The notes: generated from the sequence alone by a model not told the origin. A DNA stretch of 64,000 nucleotides from Candidatus Hydrogenedentota bacterium (GCA_029974275.1 JARKSN010000288.1:1-64000); one strand, 5' to 3'. Shown: positions 20,127 to 31,671, counted from the stretch's first letter. Translations and numbers: made by a program.

Positions 20127-20594
20127 CTACCGCGAAATCTCGAGAATTTCCAATTCCAATGTGCCCGCAGGGACCTTTGCGGAGACCACATCGCCGACGG
20201 ATTTGCCCAGGAGGGCTTCCCCGACCGGCGAGCGCATCGAGATTTTCCCGCTGGCCATATCCGCTTCGACAGGGCTCACGAGCATATACGTGAACGTCTT
20301 TTTCGTTTTCGTATTGAGCACCTTGACCGTCGCGCCGACATACGCTTTGCTCGCGTCGATGGCGCTATCGTCGACGATGGTTGCCCGGGCGATTTTGTCC
20401 TCGAGATCGCGGATTTTCGCATGATTCATGGCCTGCGCTTCCTTGGCGGCATGGTACTCGGCGTTTTCGCGCAAGTCGCCGAAGCTCCGTGCATGCTCGA
20501 TGGTCGCGGCGATTTTCGACGTTTGTTCGCGGCAATGTTCGAGTTCCGCTTTCAGTTTGTCGAGGCCTTCTTGGGTGACGTGCAGTTTTTGCAT
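20127..20594 (-). CDS. greA: Transcription elongation factor GreA
   Basis: [28 protein letters not shown]. Confidence 0.97.
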   Translation of the reverse strand: MQKLHVTQEGLDKLKAELEHCREQTSKIAATIEHARSFGDLRENAEYHAAKEAQAMNHAKIRDLEDKIARATIVDDSAIDASKAYVGATVKVLNTKTKKTFTYMLVSPVEADMASGKISMRSPVGEALLGKSVGDVVSAKVPAGTLELEILEISR

Positions 20595-20696
20595 AACGAT
20601 ACCGTTTCCGCATACGTGCTGATGATGACGGCGTTCTAGACGGCGGGAGCCCCGCTCCGGGGCAAAATGATGAAAAACATCCCGCCAAGTCGAAGG

Positions 20697-20725
20697 ATTA
20701 TACCAGACGGCCTTTCCGAGTCCAA
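20697..20725 (-). promoter_or_regulatory. sigma70 promoter for greA-carB
   Basis: Minus strand TTGGAC-17 nt-TATAAT with extended TG. Confidence 0.65.
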
Positions 20726-20786
20726 CTGCCAGGCCCCGATTCGAGCTGGAGAAGCCGTTCTGGCGCCGGGAAGTCTCCTGCGGCTC

Positions 20787-22418
20787 TTACGAACCGTCTC
20801 CAAGGGACGTTATCAGCGCCAATCGGCGACGCGCCTCGTCGTCGTCCGGATTGAGCCGGAGGGTGGCGGCGTAATGCTCGGCGGCTTTATCGAATTGCCC
20901 GGACATGGCCAGCGCGTTGGCGAGATTCACGTGGGCGTCGGGGTTGCCGGGGGCCAGCGCGACGGCCTGTTCCAGGCGCTGGACGGCCGTGGCCAAGTCG
21001 CCGCGCATGCCGCTGACGATGCCCAGGTTGATGATGGCGCGCACGTGCCCTGGCTTAAGGCGCAGGGCCGTCTCGAACTGTTCTTGCGCGCCGTCGAGAT
21101 CATTTTTCACGAGCAAGGCGTGGCCAAGGTTTGTGCAGGCGACCGGGTTTGGCCCGGTAACGGCGATCGCGTGGCGGAAGAGGGTCTCGCTGTCGCGCCA
21201 TGAACGAACCGCCGCATGGGCGCGTACGGCATAGGCGGCGACCAGCGCGATCGCCATCAGTGCCGCGAACTTCTGCGCCATCGGCCTGCTGCGCGTCGTC
21301 GCGGCGACGGCCCACGCCGCCGCGATGAAAAGTCCGATGGCAGGCAAGTAGGTGTAGCGGTCGGCTCGCGCCATGGATCCGACCTGGACCAGGCCGATGA
21401 CAGGCAGCAGCGTGATGAAAAACCAGAGGATTCCGACCGTGACGCAGGGCATTTTCCGGCGAAGCGCCACGCCCGCCCCCAGCATGACGGCTACTATCGC
21501 CGCGGCGCCAAGCAGGTGAAGTGGCGGCGGATAGCCGTTCGGATGGGGGTAGAATACCGCAAGGCGCGCGGGCCAAAGCAGGTCGACCGCATAGTGTCCA
21601 TACGACATCATCGCATTGGCCGCGCGCACCGCAACCGGGTATGTCTCCAGGTCTCTGACGGCGCCCCCGGCATGCTGTGCGGCAAGCGTCACGATGGCGG
21701 ATGCGGCCGACAGCGCGCCAAGAGGGGCTTTCTCGGCAACCAGCCATTTCCAACTCGTCGATCCGTTTCGACTGCGTCCGAGCGGCCACATGTCCAGCAA
21801 CAGCAACGCGATCGGCAGGGTGACGGCCATCGGCTTGGACAGCAGCGCCAGCGCACAGCACAACGCAACCCCCAGGTAACGCCGGATCGACGGAGCCAGC
21901 GCATACCGGTGGTATGCGGCCATCGCGAGCATCCAAAATAGTCCGCAGAGCAAGTCCTTGCGCTCGGCCACCCATGCCACCGATTCGACGTGCAACGGAT
22001 GCGCCCCGAACAACGCCGCCACCGCCACGCTCGGCCACAGCGCCCCCGTCATCCGCCCCAACGTCCACGCAAGCAGAACGGCATTGATCGCGTGAATCAT
22101 GACATTGACGGCATGGTGGCCGCGCGGATTCATGCCGAACAGCGAAACGTCGGCCATGTGGGATATCCAGGCAAGCGGATGCCAGTTGGCGGCATGCGTC
22201 GCGGCGAACGCCCACCGCACGGCGTCCCACGTCAATCCGCCGCGAACGTGCGGATTCTCGACGACGTAGCGGTTGTCGTCGTAATTGATGAATTCGTGCG
22301 CGAGGACAGGAACGTAAACGGCCCCGACAAGCAACGCCAACGCCCCGGCCGCGCTCGCAAACCGCCATGCGCCGGTCCGCGCCGCCGCCTCTTCCGGTTC
22401 CCGTCTCAGCATGCCCAT
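20787..22418 (-). CDS. TMTC-like membrane glycosyltransferase (GT-C) with C-terminal TPRs
   Basis: FINYDD, NWHPL, HPLHVESVAWVAERKD, ADRYTYLP, WRDSETLF, followed by TPR repeats. Confidence 0.88.
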   Translation of the reverse strand: MGMLRREPEEAAARTGAWRFASAAGALALLVGAVYVPVLAHEFINYDDNRYVVENPHVRGGLTWDAVRWAFAATHAANWHPLAWISHMADVSLFGMNPRGHHAVNVMIHAINAVLLAWTLGRMTGALWPSVAVAALFGAHPLHVESVAWVAERKDLLCGLFWMLAMAAYHRYALAPSIRRYLGVALCCALALLSKPMAVTLPIALLLLDMWPLGRSRNGSTSWKWLVAEKAPLGALSAASAIVTLAAQHAGGAVRDLETYPVAVRAANAMMSYGHYAVDLLWPARLAVFYPHPNGYPPPLHLLGAAAIVAVMLGAGVALRRKMPCVTVGILWFFITLLPVIGLVQVGSMARADRYTYLPAIGLFIAAAWAVAATTRSRPMAQKFAALMAIALVAAYAVRAHAAVRSWRDSETLFRHAIAVTGPNPVACTNLGHALLVKNDLDGAQEQFETALRLKPGHVRAIINLGIVSGMRGDLATAVQRLEQAVALAPGNPDAHVNLANALAMSGQFDKAAEHYAATLRLNPDDDEARRRLALITSLGDGS

Positions 22419-22450
22419 GAAGGGTATCGTAGGTGCGCCTCGGGCGCGTG

Positions 22451-22843
22451 TCAAGACGAAGGATGGGAGGTATCGTCGCGAGACGGGGGTTCGGCGTCCT
22501 CCGCGGCGGAAGAGGGCAGATTTTGGTAGGGGTCATCGGCTGGCGGCGCGACTTCCCGCAGGGGATCCGCCGGCGCTTTTGGATCCCCGTCGACCGCCGC
22601 CGTCACCGATTCGACCAGCCGCTGGATATACGTTTCGGGGTCGTGTCGGGAAAGCCGCGTCAATTCGTGCTTGACCGGATTGAGTTCGTCCGCGATCTCC
22701 CGCTTGGCCTCTTCAAAATATCGGCGAATATCCCGGTAGGTTTTTATCGCAATCCGCGCGTATTGCGGAAATTTTTCCGGTCCTAAGATGATCAGGGCCA
22801 CCGCCGCCAACAGCAGGAATTCAGGAAAATCCATATTGAACAT
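22451..22843 (-). CDS. tatB: Twin-arginine translocase TatB/TatA-family subunit
   Basis: MFNMDFPEFLLLAAVALIILGPEKFP; adjacent to tatC. Confidence 0.85.
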   Translation of the reverse strand: MFNMDFPEFLLLAAVALIILGPEKFPQYARIAIKTYRDIRRYFEEAKREIADELNPVKHELTRLSRHDPETYIQRLVESVTAAVDGDPKAPADPLREVAPPADDPYQNLPSSAAEDAEPPSRDDTSHPSS

Positions 22844-22845
22844 GG

Positions 22846-23706
22846 CTACCCTTCTTTCCGCGCGGACGCCTGCCGCCGCCGCAGCACCAGGTACGATGCC
22901 CATATGCTCAATTCGTACAACAACACGAGAGGGGCGCCCATCAGCAGCATGGACAACGCATCGGGGGGCGTAATGACTGCCGCAAGCGCGAACAAGCCGA
23001 CGATGACCACGCGCCGGTATCGGCGAAGCACGGCCGGCGTAAGAAGGCCTGCATGCACCAACACCAGCACCACCATGGGAAACTGAAACGCCGCCGCGAA
23101 ACCCAACAGCCCTTTCAGAATGATGCCGACGGTCTCGCTCATGCGCAGGTTGATGCTCACGCCCGCAGGCGCATATTGCACGATATAGGGCAGAACCAAC
23201 GGAAACACCAGGAAATACGCAACGCATACGCCCGCCAGCACAAGCGTCGCCGAACCGATAAGCAGGAATTTCGCCGCAGCTCGTTCGCCCGGCTTCAATC
23301 CCGGAAATACAAACAGGCACAGTTGAAAGATGACGTACGGGAGCGCCACCACAATGCCGGCATAGGCGCTTAGCTTGAATTGAACCACAAAGGGCTCGAA
23401 TGGATTGAGGGCGGTCATCCCAATCGGACGAGATGGCGTCGCGTCGGCGTGCGGCGCGGGCGCCTCCGGGGCAGGCCCATCCGGCGTCACCGTCAGCACC
23501 CCCTGGCGCTGCAAGGGCCCCAATGGCTTGATCGTCCACGCGAAAATGTGGTTGTAGAAGAGACAACACACGAAAATCGAAACGAGGATCGCCGCGCACG
23601 ATCGGATGACGCGCGTCCGCAATTCACTAAGATGCTCGATGAAGGTCATCCGGGCTTCATCTTCTGACACGGCTTTCACCTCAACGTTTGCTCCGCGCCT
23701 TCGCAC
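22846..23706 (-). CDS. tatC: Twin-arginine translocase TatC
   Basis: MTFIEHLSELRTR, FVFPGLKPGE, AFQFP, ITPPD, LYELSI; start uncertain (23649-23706). Confidence 0.95.
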   Translation of the reverse strand: MRRRGANVEVKAVSEDEARMTFIEHLSELRTRVIRSCAAILVSIFVCCLFYNHIFAWTIKPLGPLQRQGVLTVTPDGPAPEAPAPHADATPSRPIGMTALNPFEPFVVQFKLSAYAGIVVALPYVIFQLCLFVFPGLKPGERAAAKFLLIGSATLVLAGVCVAYFLVFPLVLPYIVQYAPAGVSINLRMSETVGIILKGLLGFAAAFQFPMVVLVLVHAGLLTPAVLRRYRRVVIVGLFALAAVITPPDALSMLLMGAPLVLLYELSIWASYLVLRRRQASARKEG

Positions 23707-23809
23707 ATCGCCATGCGGCGTCCTGGCAGCATTGTATGCCTACGAGTGTTGCGGCGGGCTTCTTTTCACCGGGCGTTTGGAACGCGCAGCGCGTATGCGG
23801 AAAAAGGCG

Positions 23810-24184
23810 CTAGAACAACGTCCCTTGAGAACCGGGTTGTTCCAACGAGACGGGGCGCACGGAAACCGGATGGTCTTCGTTGCCGCTTGCAGGCGCCTCG
23901 GAGACCGGGCTGCGTTGCACCCATTCCTTGAGAGCCTTGCCGGGCTTGAACGAGGCGATTCGCTTGCGTTCGATCGGAACTTCTTCCCCCGTGCGCGGGT
24001 TGCGCCCCATGCGAGCGTCGCGGCCCTTCACTTCAAACACGCCGAAATTGCGGATTTCAAGCCGTTCGCCCTGCGCCAGGGAATCGATGATCAAATCCAA
24101 CGCCGCCTGGACAACGCTCGCGACCTCGTTCTGCGTATATCCCAACCGTTCCGAGATCTCGGCGACCAGTTCCCGTTTTGTCAC
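23810..24184 (-). CDS. HU/IHF family DNA-binding protein
   Basis: MTKRELV...EIRNFGVF...ARMGRNPRTGE...FKPGKALK with a C-terminal extension. Confidence 0.95.
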   Translation of the reverse strand: MTKRELVAEISERLGYTQNEVASVVQAALDLIIDSLAQGERLEIRNFGVFEVKGRDARMGRNPRTGEEVPIERKRIASFKPGKALKEWVQRSPVSEAPASGNEDHPVSVRPVSLEQPGSQGTLF

Positions 24185-24212
24185 GTTCCCTTCCTTTCGA
24201 CCTGCCGGCCGG

Positions 24213-24791
24213 CTACCGCAGGTTGAAAAACTGCTTGAACGAGGTGATGTACATGTCCCTGAAGAAATACGCGAGGCCGCCCAAAATGACCAGCGCCAGG
24301 ATCACGACGATCAGATTGTTTTTGGACGTGGGCGACATGCCGCCCCCGCCCCCGCCGCCGCCCGGACGCATCAGCGCGCCCACGAAGATTTTTTCGCCGG
24401 CTTCCGCCCGCGCTTTTTTGTCTTCCAATCCGCCTAACGTTTCGTTGATCGAAATGAATGCGCGATGCCATTCGTTCTGCAGCTTTTTGACGGACACTTC
24501 CGACTGGGCATAAATGCTTTCGAGGTTGGTGGCGCCGGAAACGATGTTCATCGCGTTGTTGTCGATGGCGTAATCGGCGCCCAACGCGTCCTTGAGCACC
24601 TTGTGTTCCCGGGCGATCTTGCTTTTGATCTTGAGAAACTGGTTCTCCAACTGCGCCTTGTTCACCCCGGGACTGGGGTAGGCGCTCATGATCTGATTGA
24701 AAAGCAACCAATCGTTCATGAACTCCCGGCACATTTGGACGTTCCGGTCCAAGAAGTCCACCACTTGCTGCTGTTTTTTGCTCAGCGCCAT
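24213..24791 (-). CDS. Hypothetical helical protein with poly-Gly linker and C-terminal TM anchor
   Basis: Clean ORF with protein-like composition; G8 linker; LIVVILALVILGGLAYFF. Confidence 0.8.
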   Translation of the reverse strand: MALSKKQQQVVDFLDRNVQMCREFMNDWLLFNQIMSAYPSPGVNKAQLENQFLKIKSKIAREHKVLKDALGADYAIDNNAMNIVSGATNLESIYAQSEVSVKKLQNEWHRAFISINETLGGLEDKKARAEAGEKIFVGALMRPGGGGGGGGMSPTSKNNLIVVILALVILGGLAYFFRDMYITSFKQFFNLR

Positions 24792-24839
24792 CGGAAGATT
24801 ACCTCTTTTGTACGTGCTTAGACTCCCCACTTCGAAACC

Positions 24840-24868
24840 ACTCTACCATCCGGCAGGCGCATTGTCAA
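24840..24868 (-). promoter_or_regulatory. sigma70 promoter for the hypothetical-HU-tat unit
   Basis: Minus strand TTGACA-17 nt-TAGAGT with extended TG. Confidence 0.7.
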
Positions 24869-24961
24869 CCTAAGTCAAGCCGTGTTAGCGTGTTAGCTAG
24901 CATCTTTTCCAAACGCGCCGCGCGGAGGTCTCTTTTCTCGCCAATGGGGCGCGACGCTTCC

Positions 24962-25521
<560 letters not shown>

Positions 25522-25525
<4 letters not shown>

Positions 25526-27003
25526 GACTCAAGCCCTCGCTCGGCGAACTCCACGGCGCGAAACAGGGCCTTGGCCTTGTTCACGGTTTCCTCGAATTCG
25601 CGTTCCGGATCGCTGTCGTACACAATGCCCGCGCCGGCCTGGACATACACCACGCCGTCCTTGATGATCATCGTGCGGATCACGATGCACGTGTCCATGT
25701 CCCCGTCAAAACTGATGTAGCCGCAACCGCCGGCGTACGGTCCGCGCCGCGCCGGTTCGAGTTCATCAATGATCTCCATCGCGCGAATCTTGGGCGCGCC
25801 GCTGACCGTCCCCATCGGAAACGTCGAGCGCAACGCCGCATACGCATCGGCGCCCGGAAGAATCTCTCCTTCCACTTCGCTGACGATATGCATCACGTGC
25901 GAATACCGCTCGATCGTCTTCAGCCGCGACGGGCGCACGGCGCCGGCTTTGCTGATCCGCCCGATGTCGTTGCGCCCCAAATCGACCAGCATGATGTGCT
26001 CGGCAAGCTCCTTCTCGTCCGCGAGCAACTCTTGCTCCAGCGCCGCGTCCTCCTCTTTCGTGGCGCCGCGCGGCCGCGTGCCCGCGATCGGGCGCACCAT
26101 GACCCGGCCCTTGCTGAGTTGGGTCATGACCTCCGGACTCGATCCGACCAGCGTCACGTCGGGATATTGGATCAGCGTCATGTACGGCGACGGATTGATG
26201 CACCGCAACGCGCGGTACAGGTTCACGGGGCTGGCGTTCAAATCGCGTTCGAAGCGCTGCGAGAGCACCACCTGAAAAATATCGCCCGCGCGGATATATT
26301 CCTTCGCCTTTTCCACCGCTTGGCAAAAGCCTTCGCGCGTGAAATTCGAACGCGCCTCCCCCTCCGTCGCGCCCGAATGCACGCGTTCGGTGGCGACCAC
26401 CAGCGGACGGCGCAACGCTTCTTCGATGCCGCCGATTTTGCGGACCGCCTCGTGGTACGCCTCGTCCACGCTGCCCTGCACATGGGCGTTCGAAACGATC
26501 TTCATCGTGTTCGCCACGTGATCGAACACGATGATTGTGTCCGTGATCATGAAATACAAATCCGGCAAGCCCAGGGCGTCCGGATTCTTGTCCGGAAGTT
26601 TTTCGAAAAACCGGACCTGATCGTAGCTCATATACCCCACGGCCCCGCCGTGAAACATCGGAACGCCCTCGACGGGCACGGGCTCGTAGGCCGCCATCAG
26701 CTTGCGCAATTCGCCGAGCGGATCGTCCGATTCGTAATGACCGTCGCGTCCGTTCCGCGTAATCGTGACGGCGCGCCCTTTCGATCGGAACACCGTGGAC
26801 GGGTTCGCCCCCAAAAACGAATAGCGCCCCACCGTATCGGCGCGTTCCACGCTTTCCAGCAAAAACGAATGCGCCGCGCCGCGGGAAAGCTTTATGTACG
26901 CCGTCACCGGCGTCTCGAGATCGGCCATGACCTCTCGGTATACAGGAACCAATGCCCCCTGCCGCGCGACGGCGCGAAATTGATCGATTGTCGGATGAAC
27001 CAT
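25522..27003 (-). CDS. trpE: Anthranilate synthase component I
   Basis: LLES, NPSPYM, PIAGTRPRG, EHIMLVDLGRND, GTVSGAPKIRA; ATG at 27003. Confidence 0.95.
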
Positions 27004-27017
27004 AGCGCCCCGCCTTT

Positions 27018-27413
27018 CTATTTGTCCGCAACGCCGTCGCCATCGAGGCGGAGCGAACCGTCCGCATCGACCGCGCGGTAAAAGCAGCTGGTTTCGTTGG
27101 TGTGACAGGTCGGCCCGACCGGGTCGCAGCGCAGCAGCAAGGCGTCCCCGTCGCAGTCGACGCGCATTTCCATCACCCGAAGGACATTGCCGGACGTCTC
27201 GCCCTTCAACCAAAGCTTCTGGCGCGATCGCGACCAAAAACACGCCTTGCGCTCGCGCAGCGTGATCGCGAGGGATTCGTCGTTCATGTAGCCCAGCATC
27301 AACACCTGACCGGTCTGATGGTGCTGAACGATGGCGGCGATAAGCCCGTCCCTGTCGCGCTTCAACATTCCGCCCAACTGTCCCAACGACTCGATGGTTG
27401 CATCTGTAGCCAT
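27018..27413 (-). CDS. hisI: Phosphoribosyl-AMP cyclohydrolase
   Basis: [31 protein letters not shown]. Confidence 0.96.
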   Translation of the reverse strand: MATDATIESLGQLGGMLKRDRDGLIAAIVQHHQTGQVLMLGYMNDESLAITLRERKACFWSRSRQKLWLKGETSGNVLRVMEMRVDCDGDALLLRCDPVGPTCHTNETSCFYRAVDADGSLRLDGDGVADK

Positions 27414-27701
27414 GACGATCGGCTCTCCTGGGGTTGTTCCACCAACACGCCGCGCGCTGTGCGCAGAAAACGAACGGAAAAATGAGAAAAGACCGGGGGA
27501 TCAGGAATGGACATGGCGACGCCATCGCCAAGCCTGCCGCAGCGCGATGGTCATCGCCGAATCTCCCTGGAACGGCGGATGCGCCCCCTACGGACGCCGC
27601 CGATGGAGAAAGTATGCCATAGCCCACGCGCCGGTTGCAACCGCCAAATCTCAAGGACATGCAAAAGCCGGGCGCATGGTCATCGGCCATTTTCTGCAGA
27701 C

Positions 27702-27724
27702 AGCGCCGGTCTCTGTGCCGGGCG
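27702..27724 (+). repeat. Single degenerate GTAG-family REP copy
   Basis: AGCGCCGGTCTCTGTGCCGGGCG, nearly identical to the unit at 2-29. Confidence 0.7.
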
Positions 27725-28022
27725 GTTTCATGCGCAGGGCAAATCGCGTTCCACCGCGAAACCGCGCGAATGCCACGAAAGGGGACCGCGTTGGCGGGCC
27801 TTATTTTCGCGGGGATCGCCCCTGTCGTGGTTGAAGGCTCTTACGACGCCCGGCGCGAAAAAGGGTCAGGGACGCTCGAACGAATCGAAAAGGCGATGCA
27901 ATAACCCTTGCCGCGATCTCGTTTTTTGGAAAGCGGCTCTGTAAGATAAGACCATTGCCGCCGGGAATGTCCATGGGTTGGGGCGTCCTCCGGAGCCAAA
28001 ACGAATACAGGAGGAAGATGTC

Positions 28023-29378
28023 GTGGCAAAAAGCATGGGAAGACGCGCTTTTCTCAAGAGCAGCGCAGGATGTGCGGCAGGCATCGGGTGGATTGCGACG
28101 GCGTCCGAGGCCAAGTGCCCGCCGGCGCCGCGCGTCGCGCGAGACATGAACGACTACCACGTCAAGTACTATCCTTTTGTCGATTATCCCGAGAGCGACA
28201 CCTGCTGGTCACTGTCGGTCGGACCTGACGGGCGCATTTATGCGGCGGCTTGCGGCGAAGGCATACCCGGCGGGGTCGTCAAAGTATTCCGATACAACGA
28301 GACGACGGACAAACTCGATTTTATCCTCGACGCCGCGAGCGCCGCGAACGACCCTGGCGATTCGGGCCGCGCGACGCAGTGCAAGATCCACTATTCATTT
28401 GCGCCGTCGATGCATGACGGCGTGCTGTACATGGCCACGCACCTTTCGGGACCGCCCATCGATTTGCCGGCGTATTCGCCGTGGTATTTTTGGCATGACC
28501 CGGAACGTTGCTTCAAAGGCAGTGCGTTGATTGCGTACGACACAAAGGCCGACAAGGTCTTGTGGTCGGACACGCTGATCCCGAAAGAGGGCTGCCGGTG
28601 CTTGTTGCACGATGAAGAACGCGGCTTGCTCTATGCCATCAGCTATCCGCGCGACCACTTCATTATCTACAACTTGAAAACGCGCGAGCGCCGCGACATG
28701 GGCCGCATCGGTTCGGTCAATTCGCAGGCCCTCTTCCTCGATAAGAAGCATCGCGTGTGGACGACCAGCGACTACGGCAAGCTCGTGCGCTACGACCCGG
28801 AACGGGGACGGCTCGAGCATTCGTCGGTTTCGTTGCCGCACAATCCCGCGTTTCAAAACGGCTGGCACAGCGTTTTTTATGATGTCGTGGCGCAGCCCGA
28901 CGGCGAGTGCGTGTATGCGACAACGTGGTCCCCGCAACCTCAACTCGTCCGCATTTGGCCCAACGAGGGCGATTGGCCCGTGGTGGAGGCCCTCGGGCCA
29001 ATGACGCAGCCCCGCGACGAGACCATTCCCATGGATATGTTCCTGGATCACGCGGGCGGGCTGGTGTTTGGCGGCGACAGCATGTTGTACGTCGTGGCCT
29101 CGCGTTGGCGCGACGCGGCGTACAACCCGATGCCGCCCGAGCGCAAGGGGCGCGAGGGGGTTATCTGGCGCATCCATCCCAAGACGTTGCAGCGCGAAGA
29201 AGTCGCCGTGCTTTCCGAGCCGGACCCCGCGCAGTACGTATCGCGCGGCGCCATCGACCACAACGGCGACTTGTATTTCGCGCATATCGGCGCAAAACCG
29301 CAGGGTATTTACAAAGTCACTGTTCCCAAGAACCGCAAAAAGAAGAACGCGCACCTGCCGATCCGGATGTGGGGGTAA
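28023..29378 (+). CDS. Tat-signal protein, probable beta-propeller
   Basis: SMGRRAFLK twin-arginine motif; repeated beta-strand/turn units (GPDGRIY, YDPERG, DHNGDLYF); RBS GGAGGA before GTG. Confidence 0.7.
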   Translation: MAKSMGRRAFLKSSAGCAAGIGWIATASEAKCPPAPRVARDMNDYHVKYYPFVDYPESDTCWSLSVGPDGRIYAAACGEGIPGGVVKVFRYNETTDKLDFILDAASAANDPGDSGRATQCKIHYSFAPSMHDGVLYMATHLSGPPIDLPAYSPWYFWHDPERCFKGSALIAYDTKADKVLWSDTLIPKEGCRCLLHDEERGLLYAISYPRDHFIIYNLKTRERRDMGRIGSVNSQALFLDKKHRVWTTSDYGKLVRYDPERGRLEHSSVSLPHNPAFQNGWHSVFYDVVAQPDGECVYATTWSPQPQLVRIWPNEGDWPVVEALGPMTQPRDETIPMDMFLDHAGGLVFGGDSMLYVVASRWRDAAYNPMPPERKGREGVIWRIHPKTLQREEVAVLSEPDPAQYVSRGAIDHNGDLYFAHIGAKPQGIYKVTVPKNRKKKNAHLPIRMWG

Positions 29379-29381
29379 TCG

Positions 29382-30476
29382 ATGATGAGCACACAACGCA
29401 AGAAATACGACATGAATTCGCCCGAACGCGGGCCGTTGTCGCACGAAATCATGCACGGGGCCTTCATGAAAGAAGGCACGATGGTGGCGTTTCCCACCTG
29501 CTTCCCGGGTGCGACGGTACCCATCGTCGCGGATGAGAGCCTTATTACGGCGCTTGATGTCACCCCGGAAGGCATTGTCCACGGAGGGACCAGCGGCAAG
29601 AAAGTGCACTTGTTTGCGGCGGCCTTTCATGGCGTAAAAGGGGCGGTCTTTGATATCGGCACCGTTGACGGCGCGGAGCAATGCGTCGCGGTATGCAGCG
29701 GCTCCACCCATCTCATCGCGGCGGTGAACGGCCCCCAAGGCGGTCGGCTTGTGCGCACGGCGCCCGAGTCGATGGGCTCTGACATGATTCAGGAGTGGGG
29801 GTTTTCCCGAAAACCCATCGAAGACCTCGGCGAAGTCGCGGCGGGCGAACCGATGGTCCACGCGGTCGCCATCAAGGACACCGTGATCGGCGCTACCTCG
29901 CGCCACCTGTTCACGGTCAACACCGAATCCGGCAAGCCGCAGATCGTCGGCGAAGTCACCGGCGCGGGACGGCTCGGCGTGAGTGGAGGCGGCGTATACG
30001 GGCTCGACGGCGCGACGCATCTCTGGCGCTATGACATCGCGAGCGGCCAGATACAACGCCACGCCGTCGCCTTGCCGGCTGGGAAATGGGGCGCGCCGTT
30101 GATGTGGTCGCGCGGCAGCCGCGAGGGCGTTCTCTACACCGCCGACAACGACGGTGTGTTGTTCCGCTTCAGCGAGAAAAATGGCTTCAGCGAACCACTC
30201 GGCAAGGCCCCGTTGACGCCGGTCGGCCCGATGGCCGTTACCTTTGACGGTCGCATGTTTGGGTTCTGCGGAACGGAAATGGCTCGGATGTTCGGCTACG
30301 ACCCGGTGAAAAAGGAAGTGACCGAGATCGGCGTGGCGCTGTCCGTCATCGAACGCCGTCGCTACGGCTATACCTTCGCCGACGCCATCACCGGACGCGA
30401 CGGCCAGATATATTTCGGCGAAGACGACAACCTCGGCCACTTGTGGCTCTATTTCCCGAAAATTCGGGAAATCTGA
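29382..30476 (+). CDS. Hypothetical protein, probable beta-propeller, no signal peptide
   Basis: TPEGIVHG, TFDGRMFG, GRDGQIYFG repeats; begins 3 nt after the upstream stop. Confidence 0.7.
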   Translation: MMSTQRKKYDMNSPERGPLSHEIMHGAFMKEGTMVAFPTCFPGATVPIVADESLITALDVTPEGIVHGGTSGKKVHLFAAAFHGVKGAVFDIGTVDGAEQCVAVCSGSTHLIAAVNGPQGGRLVRTAPESMGSDMIQEWGFSRKPIEDLGEVAAGEPMVHAVAIKDTVIGATSRHLFTVNTESGKPQIVGEVTGAGRLGVSGGGVYGLDGATHLWRYDIASGQIQRHAVALPAGKWGAPLMWSRGSREGVLYTADNDGVLFRFSEKNGFSEPLGKAPLTPVGPMAVTFDGRMFGFCGTEMARMFGYDPVKKEVTEIGVALSVIERRRYGYTFADAITGRDGQIYFGEDDNLGHLWLYFPKIREI

Positions 30477-30574
30477 CACGCAGGCGGGATGTTCCTGGGC
30501 AGGGAGTCGTGAGCGTCGATCTCGCCGGGCTGGTTTTCGGTTTGTTGGAGCGGCCACATCGGCGCGGGCGCAGC

Positions 30575-31486
30575 ATGGATTATCGGACGAACAACCCAAA
30601 GCGCGTTTCCCGGGCCATCGCCGGTTCGGCAGGGCTCCATGTCGCGCTGCTGTTGGCGCTGGCATGGCACATGGCCACGGCGCCCGTGCCGTCGTTGGCG
30701 TACAAGCCTCCCTTCATCGTGCTGCTCAACCCGCAACCGCAGCCCCAACAAAAAAGTTTCGTAGAGGCGTCCGCGCCCGCCGAACGACCCGTCGAAAAAA
30801 CCGACCGGATCGCCGAGCGCGACTCAAACGCAGCGAATCCCGTCCCGGGCGAAGATACGCAGCCAGGACTGGACACATCCCAGCCTTCGCGCTTCGATCA
30901 GCCGGGCAATGCCCCCACGCAAGCGCCCGCGCCGAAGCCGGAACCCGCGCCACAGTCCGCTTCGCTGCGGGCCTCCCTCCTCCGGCAAGCCGAGGAAAAG
31001 CCCCCGGAAACAGAGCCCTCGCCCGCCGTCACGCCCGAACCGCCGCAAGAAGACCGCGCCGATTCTTCTCCGGTCGCTCCGGTCGCTCCCCTCTCTCCCG
31101 CACAGGAACCGCCCCCAACGCCCGCGCAGTCCCGCGGAAAAAGCGGCGTTGCCACCGTGGGTTTTCTCGGGTTCGAGGCAATGCGCGACCAACTAGCGCC
31201 GTATCTTCGGGAAGTGCGCCGCCACGTCGAGCGGGAGTGGCGCTTGCTGCTGCAAACGCGCTACCTGGGCGCCGGAAAAACGGAGGCCGTCCTGGACTGC
31301 GTCATCGCGCCCAACGGGCAAATCCTGCGCATCGAGATCATCGAGCCCGGCGGATCGGTATCGTTTGCCCCCTTGTGCAAGCAGGCCATTCAGCAAGCCG
31401 GGCCCTTTTCGGCGTTTCCCTTCGCGACGCCCGACATGTATCGCGACAAAAACCTCCAAATCCGCTGGACCTTCACGTTCGAGTGA
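30575..31486 (+). CDS. TonB/TolA-like protein
   Basis: N-terminal TM with S-x3-H (SAGLH), Pro-rich linker, TonB_C-like C-terminus. Confidence 0.8.
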   Translation: MDYRTNNPKRVSRAIAGSAGLHVALLLALAWHMATAPVPSLAYKPPFIVLLNPQPQPQQKSFVEASAPAERPVEKTDRIAERDSNAANPVPGEDTQPGLDTSQPSRFDQPGNAPTQAPAPKPEPAPQSASLRASLLRQAEEKPPETEPSPAVTPEPPQEDRADSSPVAPVAPLSPAQEPPPTPAQSRGKSGVATVGFLGFEAMRDQLAPYLREVRRHVEREWRLLLQTRYLGAGKTEAVLDCVIAPNGQILRIEIIEPGGSVSFAPLCKQAIQQAGPFSAFPFATPDMYRDKNLQIRWTFTFE

Positions 31487-31671
31487 CGCATGCCGGTCTC
31501 TTGCCCAGGCGATTGCGGCGCGCGTTGGACGGTTGCACCCGGCAACGCGCGTGTGCTAAGATGCCGGACGCTTTTTTCGGCGGAATAGGTGAATTGTGCC
31601 CAGAAGAGGGCGAGGAATGTCCGTGTGCAGGGCGCATCCGGATGGATGGAGCGCCTTGTAAACGGTGAGTT

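Noticed and set aside
28395..30665. Long antisense ORFs (also 38394-40265, 18376-19965, 52939-54678, 57169-58758)
   Set aside because: Shadows of real genes on the opposite strand in high-GC DNA; no protein motifs.
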